This document shows positions 12,186 through 25,500 of a DNA stretch of 64,000 nucleotides, in pieces. Source of the stretch: Rhizophagus irregularis. Lineage: Eukaryota. A model generated the notes under the pieces. The model was given only the letters and a program-made list of their open reading frames with translations. It did no database searches and was not told the DNA's origin. The position numbers were made by a program, and so were the translations under genes. Within the stretch, counting starts at the first letter, position 1, and each line of letters starts with the position of its first letter. The stretch covers positions 6,448,001-6,512,000 of the forward strand of contig NC_089429.1 in the NCBI RefSeq assembly GCF_026210795.1, read 5' to 3'.

Positions 12186-12880
12186 TTATTGCCCAAATTT
12201 TAAATTGGGGCAAATTGAGATATTGGGCCTGTGGTGCCCCAAGTTAACTATTGCCCAAATTTTAAATTGGGGTGATAGTCAACTTGGGGCACCACGGGCT
12301 CGATATCTCAATTTGCCCCAATTTAAAATTTGGGCAATAGTTAACTTGGGGCACCACAGACCCAATATCTCAATTTGCCCCAATTTAAAATTTGGGCAAT
12401 AGTTAACTTGGGGCACCATAGTCCCGATATCTCAATTTGCCCCAATTTAAAATCTGGGCAATAGTTAACTTGGGGCACCATAGTCCCGATATCTCAATTT
12501 GCCCCAATTTAAAATCTGGGCAATAGTTAACTTGGGGCACCATAGTCCCGATATCTATATTTGCCCCAATTTAAAATTTGGGCAATAGTTAACTTGGGGC
12601 ACCATAGTCCCGATATCTATATTTGCCCCAATTTAAAATTTGGGCAATAGTTAACTTGGGGCACCATAGTCCCGATATCTATATTTGCCCCAATTTAAAA
12701 TTTGGGCAATAGTTAACTTGGGGCACCATAGTCCCGATATCTATATTTGCCCCAATTTAAAATCTGGGCAATAGTTAACTTGGGGCACCATAGTCCCGAT
12801 ATCTATATTTGCTCCAATTTAAAATTTGGGCAATAGTTAACTTGGGGCACCATAGGCCTGGTATCTATATTTGCCCCAAA
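12186..12880. repeat. Subterminal 62-bp tandem array (~10 direct copies plus an inverted copy) of the Ginger-like element
   Basis: Unit agttaacttggggcaccatagtcccgatatct(c/a)(a/t)atttgccccaatttaaaat(t/c)tgggcaat starts at 12277, 12339, 12401, 12463, 12525 ... 12835. An inverted unit lies at ~12186-12270. Confidence 0.95.
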
Positions 12881-13206
12881 TTTAAATTAACGAATGTAGT
12901 AAGACTTTAAGTTAACTATTATTTTTCTATAAAATTAAAATAGAAATAATACTTATTTAAGGTCTTAATTTCACTCTATACATTTATTTATATTGTCGCA
13001 ATTTTTTAATTAATTTTTTTTTAATCATTTAATTATTTAAAATTTGAATCTTTTATTTTATATTTTAGTTGTTAATGTTAATACTCAATATTTTATAAAA
13101 TTTATCTTAAATTTTTGCAATAGAAAACTTTTAAAATTCCAAAATAAACAATTTATAATTATAAAATTAGATCTTTATTATTGTAGATTTATAAAATTTT
13201 TAATTA

Positions 13207-15965
13207 TTATAAAGAAGGATTATGACATGTTTTACCAGGATGACATCTAATATTACAAGACAAATTTAATTTCTTACATGCACATTTCATAGTACTACAA
13301 TTTGTATTAGGACATTTGCATTTAACTGAATTTATATTACTTTGTAATCTAACTGCTTCTGTAACAGTTACTACCTTGTTTGGAATATTTGTTAATTCAG
13401 CCATAGAAGTTAATTCAGTTGATTCCAAACAATTTCCCTTATAGTTTACATTTAATGTTCCCGCAAAACATCCCAAATTGTAAAAGCCATTAGATTTAAC
13501 TTGTAAAATCTTACAAGGTAAATGACTGCGTCCTAATTTTCCTTTATCTGCTTTTGGAATTTTAAGATTAACAATATCACCAACCTTAAATAGATCTTTC
13601 TTTTTAACTTTTTTCTCCATTAATATTTTCATGTCATCTCTATATTTTTTGTTATTCATTTTTGCATCTTCACGTATATAATCATGAGATGTTGAAGCTT
13701 CAATTGTTTCAGACTAAAAAAATAAAAATAAATTAATAAATATATTTTTTAAAAAATAAAAATAAATAATTAAATATAATAATTAAAATAGAAATTATTA
13801 CAACTCACATTTTGTTCATTATCTAGTTCATCAAGCCACTTGTTGAATTTTTTTCCCAAATATTTAATAAAATATTGTCAAATGAATTTGTTTCGCGCAT
13901 TGCTTTTAAATCACGTAAACATCCTAGGATGTCTCTTTTAATTACGCCTAATCTTAATTTATTACTATATCCAAACATGCCTTCCCATGATGCATTAATC
14001 TCTTCCCAAGTGATATTTTTAATTTGTGGAGGTTTTAATTGAAATAATGTACTTGAATCAACATTAGATACTTGCTTAGGTTTAGGTTGCTTTATTAATA
14101 CAAATTCAAAAAAGAGTTTACTAAAATAAATTAAAAATTTAATCAAGAATATAACTTTTTTGTTTACCTTCTTAATATTTTTATTTTTGTTAAATTGCTT
14201 CTAAGATCGTTAAAATCTTCAGAATTTTCATCAAAATCATCAGAATCTTCATTAAGATTATTAGCATGATCTTCATTAAAATCATCAGAATCTTTGTTAG
14301 AATCATCAGAATTTTCATTAAAATTATTAGCATCTTCGTTAAAATCATCAGAATCTTCATTAGAATCATCAGTATCTTTATTAAGATCATCAGAATCTTC
14401 ATTAAAATTATCGGAATCTTTGTTAAGATCATTATTGTAGTGATTATAATCTGATTCTTTATTTTGATTATTGTTAACAGCAAAAGTTACTTGCTTTTGT
14501 TTACCTTTGTTTTTAGAATTTTTATTCAATGACTGCATAAAATTATAAACAAATTTTTAATATATTGAAATAATTTGATTTAAAATATTGTGATTAAATA
14601 AATATATTACGGTTAACTACCTTTGTATTTCTACTTTTACTCTGATGTTTATCATGAATAGAATTACTATTATTATCTTCATTTTCGTCATTTTCCTATG
14701 TTATATATTGTAATTTTTTAAAAAAAATTATTTTATTATAAACAAATTTAAAGATTTTTTTATTTATACTTACTTCTTCAAAGTCAAGTGAAGTATCTTC
14801 TTGTTCTACATTAATATTTTCTAATAATTGCTCTTCATCTATACAATTTTCTTCTTTAAATAGATGTTCCATCCATGCTATATCACTGTGTGGATGCATA
14901 CCAAATACTATTTCATATGGAGTTTTATTGGTAGCTCGGCATATAGTATTATTCATAGTAAAAATAACATAATTTAAGCACAAAGTCCAATTTATTGAAT
15001 TATTTTGTTCCATCCACATTCCAATTTTTTTTTCTAAAATAGAATTTGCTCTTTCTATTAAGCCTTGTGATTGTGGATGCCTAGGTCTACCATTTACCAA
15101 TTTTAAACCAGGCCATAAGTCTACTAGATTTTTAATTATTTGTGCAGTAAATTCTTTGCCATTATCACTTTGCAAAATAATTGGAGGTCCAAATTGACAA
15201 AAAATTTCATATAATATCCCTGCAATAGCTGCGGGTTCCTTAGAAGTTAAGGGTTTTGCCCATGAATAACGGGAAAAATGATCTCTTACATGTAAGATAT
15301 ATTTGAAATCATTGTCAGAATACTGACGTAAATCAACTAAATCCATCTAAATATTATAAAAAAATATAGCAAATTAAACAGGAGGTAAAGTAATCAAACA
15401 GAAGCTAAAAATCAAACATTAAAATTACCTGTACTCTCGAAAGAAATCTTTTCGCAACTATAGGCCTTGCTGCTAAGGTGGATTTGGACATAGTTCTGCG
15501 TGGTACACATATTTCACAATGATTCACAAACTCCTCTATAATCTTCTTTTTCACCCCATACCATTTGCTTCTTAATTTTCTATACAATTTTTTTTGTCCA
15601 CAATGAACATTTTGTACATGCTCCAAACAAATTGTTTTATACATTTCTTCTAAGACTAATATTGGTAAAAAATCAGCAGATTTACCTTCTTTATCTAAAG
15701 CTGTTTTTGTTCTTTTATTATTATTTTTACATACAACAGAATCACCTCCAGTATTTAATAAAATGAAATTCTTTCTACACCAATAACGAAAGTCTGCATC
15801 CCGTAATGTAGAAACATGATCTAAAAGAACTGTTTTTATTTCATCATAAAGGTGTCTATTTATAAATTGCTTTTCAGATGTTTTAGATTTACTGTTTTGT
15901 ATACATTTATCAATAATTTTATTAAAAGTATCTTTACTAATAAAAGAAAATTCTTCTGTTTCCAT
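13207..15965 (-). CDS. Six-exon DDE transposase (HHCC zinc finger, rve integrase core, acidic repeat, SH3-like and Cys-rich C-terminus; KRBA2/SCAND3-like); one apparent 1-nt frameshift
   Basis: Hand-spliced exons 15965-15429, 15346-14774, 14695-14621, 14532-14168, 14120-13809, 13713-13207, all with GT-AG introns of 47-95 nt and consistent phases. HVQNVH...CEIC zinc finger; catalytic Q-M-D-L, QSDNG and PQSQGLIERAN; C-terminal CKCPNTNCSTMKCACKKLNLSCNIRCH. The T7 run at 13848-13854 needs one more base to read WEKKFNKWLDELDNEQN into the donor; about 789 aa if restored. Confidence 0.88.
14210..14440 (-). repeat. 21-bp coding tandem repeat giving an acidic (NEDSDDF)n tract inside the transposase
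   Basis: Repeats of atcatcagaatcttcattaaa; translation DLNKDSDNFNEDSDDLNKDTDDSNEDSDDFNED... Confidence 0.9.
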
Positions 15966-16226
15966 GATAAAAAATTTTTTTATAAAATTTAGGGTGGAGA
16001 GACACGAAAAAAAGGATTGATAACAAAAGAAACGACAAGTTGGAGTTAACTGAAGTATAATGCTTTTATTGAATAAACGTAGGATTATTGTTTTATAACC
16101 AAAACAATAAAAGTGATAACTTAAAAGAATTCAAGGGAAAACTAATTAATGCTTAATACTCTTATGATTTCTGAACACTTTTTCACTATTCTGACACTAC
16201 TTCTATCAGTGAGTTGGCAGAAGGTA

Positions 16227-16748
16227 TAGGGATGCCAAAAGTTCGGTTATAACCGATCATAACCGGTTTTTACCGGTTCGGTTATCGGTTCGGTTTCAGT
16301 CCAAGACCGACCGGTTAACCGTCAGTTTTATATATAAAAAAAACCGATCAAAAAACCGATCGGTTAATTGTAAATTTTAATATATTCCGGAAAAAAAAAA
16401 TGATTTTGTTTATTGAGAATACCATTAAAAACTATTGTTTTAGTGTTTTTATGTATAATATTCTCATTTTTGAAATTATCGAATTTACGCGTTGATCACG
16501 TGATTTTTCGTTTCTCTGAAAAATCACAACATCAGCGTTATTGTTGTAAAAAATTACATCAATTCAAAGAATATTATTCAAAAAGTTATAATTGATACTT
16601 TATGGCATTATTTTATTCGATTTTGCGGTATTTTTGTAATCGGTTTTGTAGTTCAGTTTTATCGGTCGGTTTTGCGGTCGGTTCGGTTTTGGTTGAAAAC
16701 TGCAGTTTTAAAACCGAAACCGAACCGAACCGACCGTTGGCATCCCTA
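16227..16748. mobile_element. hAT-type MITE (522 bp) nested in the Ginger-like element
   Basis: TIRs tagggatgccaa / ttggcatcccta; perfect 8-bp TSD agaaggta at 16219-16226 and 16749-16756; subterminal aaccg/cggtt clusters. Confidence 0.95.
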
Positions 16749-17397
16749 AGAAGGTATATTTATATCTATTTTTATCTAACTGACATCTCTTTTTCTGATA
16801 TTAAGGGCGAAATCTAATCTATTGATTTCCTATTGACATCATATATCTATCTAGATTGTTAGTGTTTCATTATAATATATCTATGTAATTACAATGGTGA
16901 CAGTTTTATTGTAAGCCACATTTTAATAGAACACAAATGATAAATTTGAACGGTTAATTACTATTGAGCTAATTATTCTACAATGAATCTTAATAAAAAT
17001 CGTATACATATAAACAATACAAATACAGAAAATTAATAATATAAACAATAATAAAAATGAATATACATAATAATACTATATGTGTAAATTAATCAAATAT
17101 AATCAATATTATCTATTAGGTTAATCTGTCGACTGGTTGTATATCGACTTGTAACATCGGAATCATGTGTACAAAATTTTGCGTAACAGTTTCACAAACA
17201 AATTAACAAATTGAAAGCCAATGATTTTTGATGATCATATAAGTCACATGACCCAAAATCAAAATTTCGGGCAGTAAAATGTCTGTGCCCCATTTCGAAA
17301 TTTCAAGTTGGATTGCCCAAAATTGAAATTTCAATTTCGGGCAAAATGGATCTGCCCCAATTTTAAATCGGGGCAGATCGCAACTTGGGGCACAACA

Positions 17398-17545
17398 TAT
17401 TCGTCCGATTGAGGATTAGCGGATAAAATTCTGAAGTTAATTGTGCCATGAGAGATACTCCAAATGTCATGTTCGATGATCTCGTTAATAGATTTAGCAA
17501 AAAATGTCATACGGATTTGAAAATATTTGCAAAACAGCAAAGTTA
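17398..17545 (-). mobile_element. Upstream continuation of the LINE ORF1 interrupted by the Ginger-like insertion
   Basis: Reads KYFQIRMTFFAKSINEIIEHDIWSISHGTINFRILSANPQSDE up to the TIR, on the same strand as the LINE at 7560-12096. Confidence 0.6.
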
Positions 17546-20354
17546 TGGCTCAACTGAAAATTGTTATAAAATATCCTGTCGGCTTTGATATTGATCATTA
17601 TTATTTATTATTTATCGTTTTAATATATATATTTACGAAAATCCTTAACAAAGATCACGTGAAACTTTATACAATGAATTTTCACATTTTTTACTCATTT
17701 CATATTATTAATATCTTTACTATGATGTTCCAAAGTATTTTTTATGCAGCCAGATTCCATAATCGACCAATTTTGATAGTTCAATTTTAATCGAGGCTGC
17801 CTGACTGTTTGGTCTTACGATATATTTTCATTAATAATTTTATTAAGGAGAAATGTTATCTTTTAATGCATTAATATTATTATCGTATTAGAATCAGTAA
17901 TTAACATACCAAATCGATTGACATCGTTGGAACGGAAAGAAGCTCTCGGGTGATCGTAAAGGGTGAAACGGAGAAATTTCCAGAAATAAGACCGGGAAAA
18001 CAAATGAGCTTGAGATGTATATCGCCGGAAGGAAAAAGTTACAGAAATAAAGTTGTTCAAACTGATCATTCAGGAAGTGTCGGAGATTCACATAAATGAT
18101 GCGATCATCATAAAAGGTGGAGAGAGAAGTGCATTTAGATAACTCAAAGTCCAGATGATTCACCATGCGTCTTGGCAAGGCAATCTAATATTTTGTGATC
18201 GAGTCATTGATTGAATCAATCAATGATCAATATTAATTAAGAACCCTAGGCAACCAATATATTAATTGAATTATATAAAATTTGAGGCTCAATTTAAGGT
18301 CCAATATAATATTTAATATTACATAATTTTGCAAAGTTTATGAAGTTCACTAATTTTAAATTTTTAAAATCCACATATTAAGAAATATATTTTTATCATT
18401 AGATTCATCTAATTAAAACAATTCTAATGATAATAATTTCATGCTTGTAGGATCAATATTTTAAATACAATTACGCTTTAAATATTTAGAATTATTCTTT
18501 TTATAAAAGAAAATATATATAAAGATTTATGGATTCTCAAATTACCTGTGTTATGAAATTATTAGGCATATTTTATGATTACTTTAGTCGAAAAATTTAA
18601 TTAAAAAAAAATGACAAATATTTATGTAACATATTTATTGAATGTATTATTATATATAATATTTAATATAATATTTTTACTATTTTTACGTATAAATTTT
18701 ACATCAAAGTTTGATGGGCAAATCACATGATGATAAATGCGTATTTTTTCTGTCATCTTTATACATATATTTCGGGGTCCTTGTATGCTGTATCCTATAT
18801 TATCAATTAATGATCGATTGTGCTTAACGTTTATAAATATTTTAGTGGAGGTAAAAATGAACAGTGTACATTATAACCATTTTCCCTTTTATCACTATCG
18901 CTCATATTATAGCGCAGAGAATTCCTTCGTAAAATTGAAATCGTATGCTAACCATTAGAGATGAGAAGAGGGTAGTTTTTTAAGTATCGATATTTATAAT
19001 TTTAAAATAACGCGACCCAAAATTAAAAAATATTTATATTTTTAATTAAAGGGAATAGCTAACAATCAAATTTAAACCCGTAAGTAACTTTCCATTTTTT
19101 TTAAAAAAAAATATCTTGTTTAGTTAGATTTGAAATTTGAAATTAATAACGTATTTTATTCTTTTATTTTTTAAAAAATGGGAAAGTAGATTTTAATAAT
19201 ATTTTGGAAAGACTGACAAATCATTTCACACAAAAATTTGCTCTTACAAAATGTATCAGATATGAGACTTGCCGGCGCAATTAATGCCAAAATTGTAAGA
19301 TTCATATTGAGATTAAACAAATTTATTAAAAAAAAAGAAAAAATCTATAAATATCAAAAATCAAACAAATCAAATAAAGAAAATCTATAAAAAAAAAGAA
19401 AAATCTATAATAAATGAGTAAAAAGGAAAAAGAAAAAAGAAAATAAACTTGAAGTCTTGAGTCTTGATGTAGGTTTGTTTTCTCTGATATGATGGGAGTA
19501 CGTAAAATTTCAAGAGATTATAATAGCTGCGGCCTCCTTAAATAAAAAATAAGTTTTAGATTTTTGCTTGAAAAGTATTTAGAACGGTCGAACAATATCA
19601 CATTATAAAACACATATCCCCATCCATCAGATTCGTTTAAAATGATGTGATGTCTGACATTTTTAAATCAATTTATTTAAAATTTTAATTAAAGTGTTAA
19701 AATTTAAAGATTTTTTAACGTCTTTTTTAAATTCCGTATGGCTAAATCGGTTACAAATTACAAATTTTTTCTTCATTTTATTTGATATAAGAAATGGATA
19801 CATTTAAATTTTGTATAAAAGAATTTTTGGGGGACGCATAACTTATATTTATATTTATAATTGCTGCTTCAACGCTCATGGAAAAATATGTTTGATTGGT
19901 ACTTCAGTCCATGAAAATGATTACCCAAATGGTCAAATTCAGGAGGGCAAGTCATGCAAAAGAATTAAATATTCAAGATACCAATTTTGTTAAATTGATC
20001 ATACGATATTTCGCGTTATACATGATTGGTTCTTCTATCACAATTCACGATTGCAGCCTTTAAATCAAATCAATACAACCATTAAACTAAAAAGATCGAA
20101 TACTTCTATGATATGAGACAAAAGATATAACCGTTTAGTGTTTGATTCTTCCGCGCTATTGCTAAAGAATCATCGGCAATATCTTCGGAATTTTTTTTTT
20201 CTTTTTTTTTGCAAAGAACTTTGTTAAAGCATCACAATTAATTTTTCTAATAAAAGAAATTTATTCGGCCATGTGTTTTTAGCAGTACTCAAATGTAAAT
20301 GTGACTTAAAAACATTTGATATTTCTACATTTAGTAATTTTGATAACGATTAAC

Positions 20355-20739
20355 TATGGAAAGCCGTCCTTGACAAAAGGTTGATATCCAGACATCATGT
20401 TGGATAATGTCTAGACATCATGTTTGATATATGTAGAATAATGTTTGTACATCATTCAACATGATGCTCAAGCATCAACCAACATGATGTCTTAGACATC
20501 ATGTTACCAAATATAGTAAATTTTATTTTGTGTAACTCATAAATATACTATATTTGGTAATTTGATCAGCATGATGTCTAGACATCATGTCGGTTAATGT
20601 CTTTCACATCATATTAAATAATGTACAAACATCATCCTACATATATCAAACATGATGTCTAGACATACCATCATGATGTCTAAATATTATATTTCATGAT
20701 GTTTGGACATCAACCTTTTGTCAAGGACGGCTTTCCATA
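20355..20739. mobile_element. 385-bp MITE with TATGG...CCATA termini and 6-bp TSD (IS3EU-like non-autonomous element)
   Basis: Long TIRs tatggaaagccgtccttgacaaaaggttgat / atcaaccttttgtcaaggacggctttccata; TSD attaac at 20349-20354 and 20740-20745; internal agacatcatgt repeats; quasi-palindromic over its whole length. Confidence 0.9.
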
Positions 20740-20766
20740 ATTAACGAACTAAAATTATGATAAACA

Positions 20767-22243
20767 TGGCTTGTACCATTCAAAAAACAGCTCGATGTGC
20801 TTGACATCATGCATTTCTTTGCTTCTTCTTATGAACTTTGAATTTTTCTTACAGCGAAATAATTCTTAAAAAACGTAAAGAAAAAAAATTAACATGTCTA
20901 ATACTAATTCTAAAAGTACTGCCTCGCTCTCAACATGGTAACCCTGGACTTTCATTATACAAAAAACGTACAAAGCCTATTTCTCCCACTTCTAAATGTA
21001 AAAAGGCTCACAATGAGGACGAAAAGCAACGACAAATTGAAAGAAACGAAAATTGATGTCGTTCCAGATAATGAACAGAAACTATCAAAGGAAAAAACAA
21101 AGAAAAAAAAATTATTGAACTGTCTTACGAAGATAATACAGAAGACGCACGCATAAAGTACTAAGTATAACTACTCCCTTGAGCAATATCCCAAAAATTG
21201 ATGATTCTATAAGATGAAAGTTAATAAATTTGTCAATGATTTGAGGGGACAGACCAAAGCAAAACTCTTTGAAGTTCCCAAAAAGCCGCTTCCAACTTAT
21301 TTTCATGAATATCAAAATATGTTGTTACTAAAGATCCATGTTTGCCAAGAAATTATTGAAAGTAATGAAAGTAAGTATTTTTATTAAAGTTGTCGATTTT
21401 TTTTTTTAAAAAAAAGGTTGAATCGTTAATATTTGAATAGTACTTCAATATTCAGACATACAATTGGTTTACAGGAGATCAAAAAAGTCGTCTCTTGAAA
21501 CTTATAACGGATTGTGACTTAGTTCAAATTGCGGATGATAATGGAGTTCCTATTGACACTCCAAGAATTGAACGAGAATATATGGCGCGGAATTAGAATA
21601 TAATCATACTGGATACACAATGGAATAATCTTGAAAAATTTAAGGCCGAAATTCTCAAGAGTTGAAAGGTGATTATTTATTATTTATTTATTTTTTATAT
21701 ATTAATTAAAACGTTATCATTCAATAGAGCTATGATCATGAACAAGAGTAGGACTCTGAGAAAATTAGGGAAGTATAATGTAAGTGATCCGTATTCCCGA
21801 AATGACCAAGGCACAGATCATTGGATTAGATGATACATTAAACATAAACGACAATTTAAAAACATGAGGATAACAGTTTTAACGAAATTAAAGTAATCAC
21901 TTAATTTAATAATTTTTATTCAATGTTATATGTTATATAATTCTAAATTTGTTTAGGTTGTTGTCATTTGAAACTCGAGTTATTAGAAGGTGAACAAAGC
22001 AAAATCAAAGATGACATACATCAATCCAACTCGTCTGGAAATGAAGTTTTAGATTTTGACGGGTGTGTTACAAAAGGTTCTCGTTATAATGGTAATGCCT
22101 CTAAAAACTTTAGCACTGTAAGGTCAGAAGATTATTCCCCAAGTCTATTCGAGGCGAGAAATGAATATTGGACGAAAAAAATCAATAATTTTTGTTTTTT
22201 CTCTTTTAATATTATATACACTTCATTTTATCGATTAATGTAA
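20767..22243 (+). pseudogene. Multi-exon gene relic of unknown product
   Basis: Coding-like blocks with stops and frameshifts, separated by intron-like segments (gtaagt 21371 ... atag 21440; gtaatc ~21893 ... tttag 21956). No motif recognised. Confidence 0.4.
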
Positions 22244-22559
22244 AATATAATTTATAAACGATATTCTGAATTTAAATATGAGATGTTGACATAATAAAGA
22301 ATAATATGTTCATTAATTGATAATAGTATAATACAGTTAAGATTGGTATTACTGTAATATCATCTGGCTTTAAAATAAATTTCCAATGATTTTCTCATAA
22401 TTTTCTATTTGCTTGAGTAACAATAATTTAAGGAACTGGGTTCGATCACGTAATTTGTAGGCAATCTTCTATCTTGTAAATTAGATTTGCGAAAATATTT
22501 TTTTCAAGACATACAGTATCACATGACTGAACCGACATAATTATTCATAACAAATTTTT

Positions 22560-25500
22560 ATTTTAATATTATCAGTTATGTGATATGCATTATTTATAAT
22601 ACAAGTATTATACAATTATTGCAATATACAAAATTTTTCTATTATACCAGATTTTCATATCATTTTCTTATAATAATTAACTAAACTTTAGTTAATCTGT
22701 TAAAATATTAAAATTTTCAGTTTTTTAATTATTAGTAGATTAACAATATATAATTTATATATAGATTATTTTGAATCCTATATAAATTATAAATTAATGT
22801 ACTGGTAAAAGTAATTGGAATTGCAATTAATCTTAAATAATTATATAAAACTATATTATTCTTAAATATTTAGCTAAAAAAAATTTGATTTTTATATAAA
22901 TCAATATAAAATTTTATATATGATAAAAAATATATATAGTTAATTTCTTATTGGTAAAATTAGACTATTTTAAATTATATTACTAAAAATAATACTTTAC
23001 AATGAATATTAATAGGCTAGTAGCCAAATAATTATTATAATATTTGCTTTTATATAAAATTAATATATAAAATACTTTGCCAGTTGTTAATATATAAATT
23101 TAATAAAAATCCTTTTATTTCTTTTAAATTGCAAATTAACTATTAATTTAACATTTTAACTGTAAAATTCCAATAATATTTATAACAAAATTTAAATAAT
23201 ATAAAACAAATAAATTAAATAAAAAATTTTTCTAACTATTACTGAAGGTGATGATCACCAGTGAGGCAGTGACTGAAATTATGATGATCGACCAGCATTA
23301 AAAAAATATAGTACCAGTAAAAATTGATAATTTTGACCAATGGTGATGATTACCCCTAGTAAAAATCTTAAATAAAATAAATAAAATAAAAATAAAAAAA
23401 TTAAAAAATTATTATAAAATCTTTATAAAATTATTACATTATATTCCATTTTTAATAATATATTAATTATATAAAATTTTCAAAGAATTGCTATTTTAGA
23501 AGTATTTTTAAAAATTTTAAATTATAATTATACTTCTCTATTATATTTTAGTTAATTAATAATTCAAATTTAATAAATTTATACTATTTTCTAACTTTAA
23601 TATTTACTAAAATATTAATTCTTAAAAATAGGTGGAAAAAAAAATTTAATTAGTATTATTCTTATTTTTTATATTGCAAATATTGCAAAATAAAAAAATT
23701 TGTAAAAAAAAATATATTTGAAATTTATTTTATTTATATTAATTTACAAAAAACTAATTAAAAAAATAACAATTAAATTTTTTAATAAATTAAAAAAATT
23801 AAAAATATTTTATTATTATTATTATTATATTTAAAGAAAGCAATAATCTTTATTTCAAAAAAATATTAAGAATCTATTCTATTATAAATGATTTGCATCT
23901 TACCTGCCAGTCCTATTTACCTACCTGCAAATATACTTTATGAATCTATAAATTAAAAATATATTTTATTTTATTTTTTATATAATTATATAGTTGATTA
24001 TTAATAATTAAGTGTAATATTAAATTTTTATTAAATTTTTACTTTACTTTAAATTTTAGTATTTTTTCTTAAAAAAAAATTAATTGTAAGATAAGAAAAA
24101 TAAAATAAAAGGTTGAAATTTATACAATTAATATTAACCTATTTAGCAATAAATTTACAAATTTAAAGTAATTTTAATTATATAATGTCAAAAATATAAT
24201 ATTAGAATATAATTAGTTAAAATAATTATTTTTATGTTAATATATTTTTATATTTTAATAATACTAAATTCAGAATTAAATATAAATAATGTATAACAAT
24301 TTATTTGATCTACTCAGATTATTTTTTAATTTAAAATTAGTAAAAAAAAAATATATATATATATAAATTTAATCAAGAATTTGACAAATTGGCCAGGCTC
24401 TTGGTTTTTTATAAATAATAAGAAGGTAATTTGACTATAATTTTCAAACTGGTTAGAATAATAAGTTTCTCTATTAATTAAAAAAATTGAAGTCTAATTT
24501 TTCCTTTGATAGAAATAAAGATTGTGAAAACTATATTCATTTTATATAACTGTAAAAGTTATATAATATAGTAAATATATTATGTTTTATATAATATTTT
24601 AAAAATGTAAGTCTTATACTCTTATAATCTACTAGATAATGATCTTAAAGCATTTGCTAAAATGGTATATAGTTATTTTATATATCGCCTATCTGATTAG
24701 CCAATATGACCACTCTGTTTCAAAAAAAATGATGAATGATTTAATATTAGAATAATTATAATAGTAGAATAATTATTTGGTTTTTTACTTTTATATATAC
24801 TAAATTCTAGCTTTATTTTAATAAATTTGTAAATATACTATAATTTTAATATTTATTTATAAAATTTAATTGCATTAAAATTTAAAAATTATTAATTTTA
24901 TTTTATTAATATTTTTATTTTTATTTTGTTTTTATTTTTGTTTTTGTTTTTATTTTAATTTTTATGTTTATAGTTTATAGTATGTTATTTTGGTTTGCTT
25001 TTTGATTACTTTTATTCTTAATTCTATTGGTAATATAATATCTAATGTTTGATCAGACTGGCCTGGAGCTGGAAGTATCATTCATAGAATATTTGTGATT
25101 ATTATGTAATCCAAATATATTCTAATAAAATGGTACATGATTCAACATTTTTTTTTAAAAAAAAAAAATTTAAAAATAATAAAAAAATTAATAATTTATA
25201 AAAATAAATAATATTAAAGTAATTTCTTTTATATATTTAAGTATAAATTTTAAAAGAAGTTGAATTTTTATTTTAAGTTTTTAATATTAGTTAAAATTAA
25301 TTTACAAAAAAATAATAAGAAAAAAAGATTTATTAAATATCAAAACCATTTATATTTATCAAGTAGTATATATGTTTAAATACCTTATATATATTAAGAA
25401 ATTTTTTATATAAATTTAATATAATTAGCTAATATAGTATTAATACTTAATATATCAAATATCAGTATATTAGGATCTGAATATTTCTCAAATTCTAAAA

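Larger units (their letters stand above)
12097..17397 (-). mobile_element. Ginger-like (retroviral-integrase type) DNA transposon, 5.3 kb, both ends present
   Basis: Left end tgttgtgccccaagttgatgatctgcccc. Right end ggggcagatcgcaacttggggcacaaca, whose reverse complement is tgttgtgccccaagttgcgatctgcccc. TGT...ACA termini with TA on both flanks; encloses an integrase-type transposase gene; LINE sequence resumes on both sides. Confidence 0.9.

Noticed and set aside
12186..12880. CRISPR-like array of palindromic repeats, and ORF 12142-12402
   Set aside because: No unique spacers, no cas genes, eukaryotic context; the units are contiguous and derive from the transposon TIR.
14190..14483. ORFs 14190-14483 (-) and 14266-14454 (+), rich in I/L/M/K
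   Set aside because: Alternative frames of the 21-bp acidic coding repeat.
13207..15965. LTR retrotransposon or Polinton integrase
   Set aside because: No gag, protease, RT, LTR or DNA polymerase; the gene has introns and is enclosed by TIRs within 5.3 kb.
17860..18190. GC-richer fragment with ORFs 17863-18069 and 17894-18178
   Set aside because: Likely a retroelement scrap, but no motif I can name with confidence.
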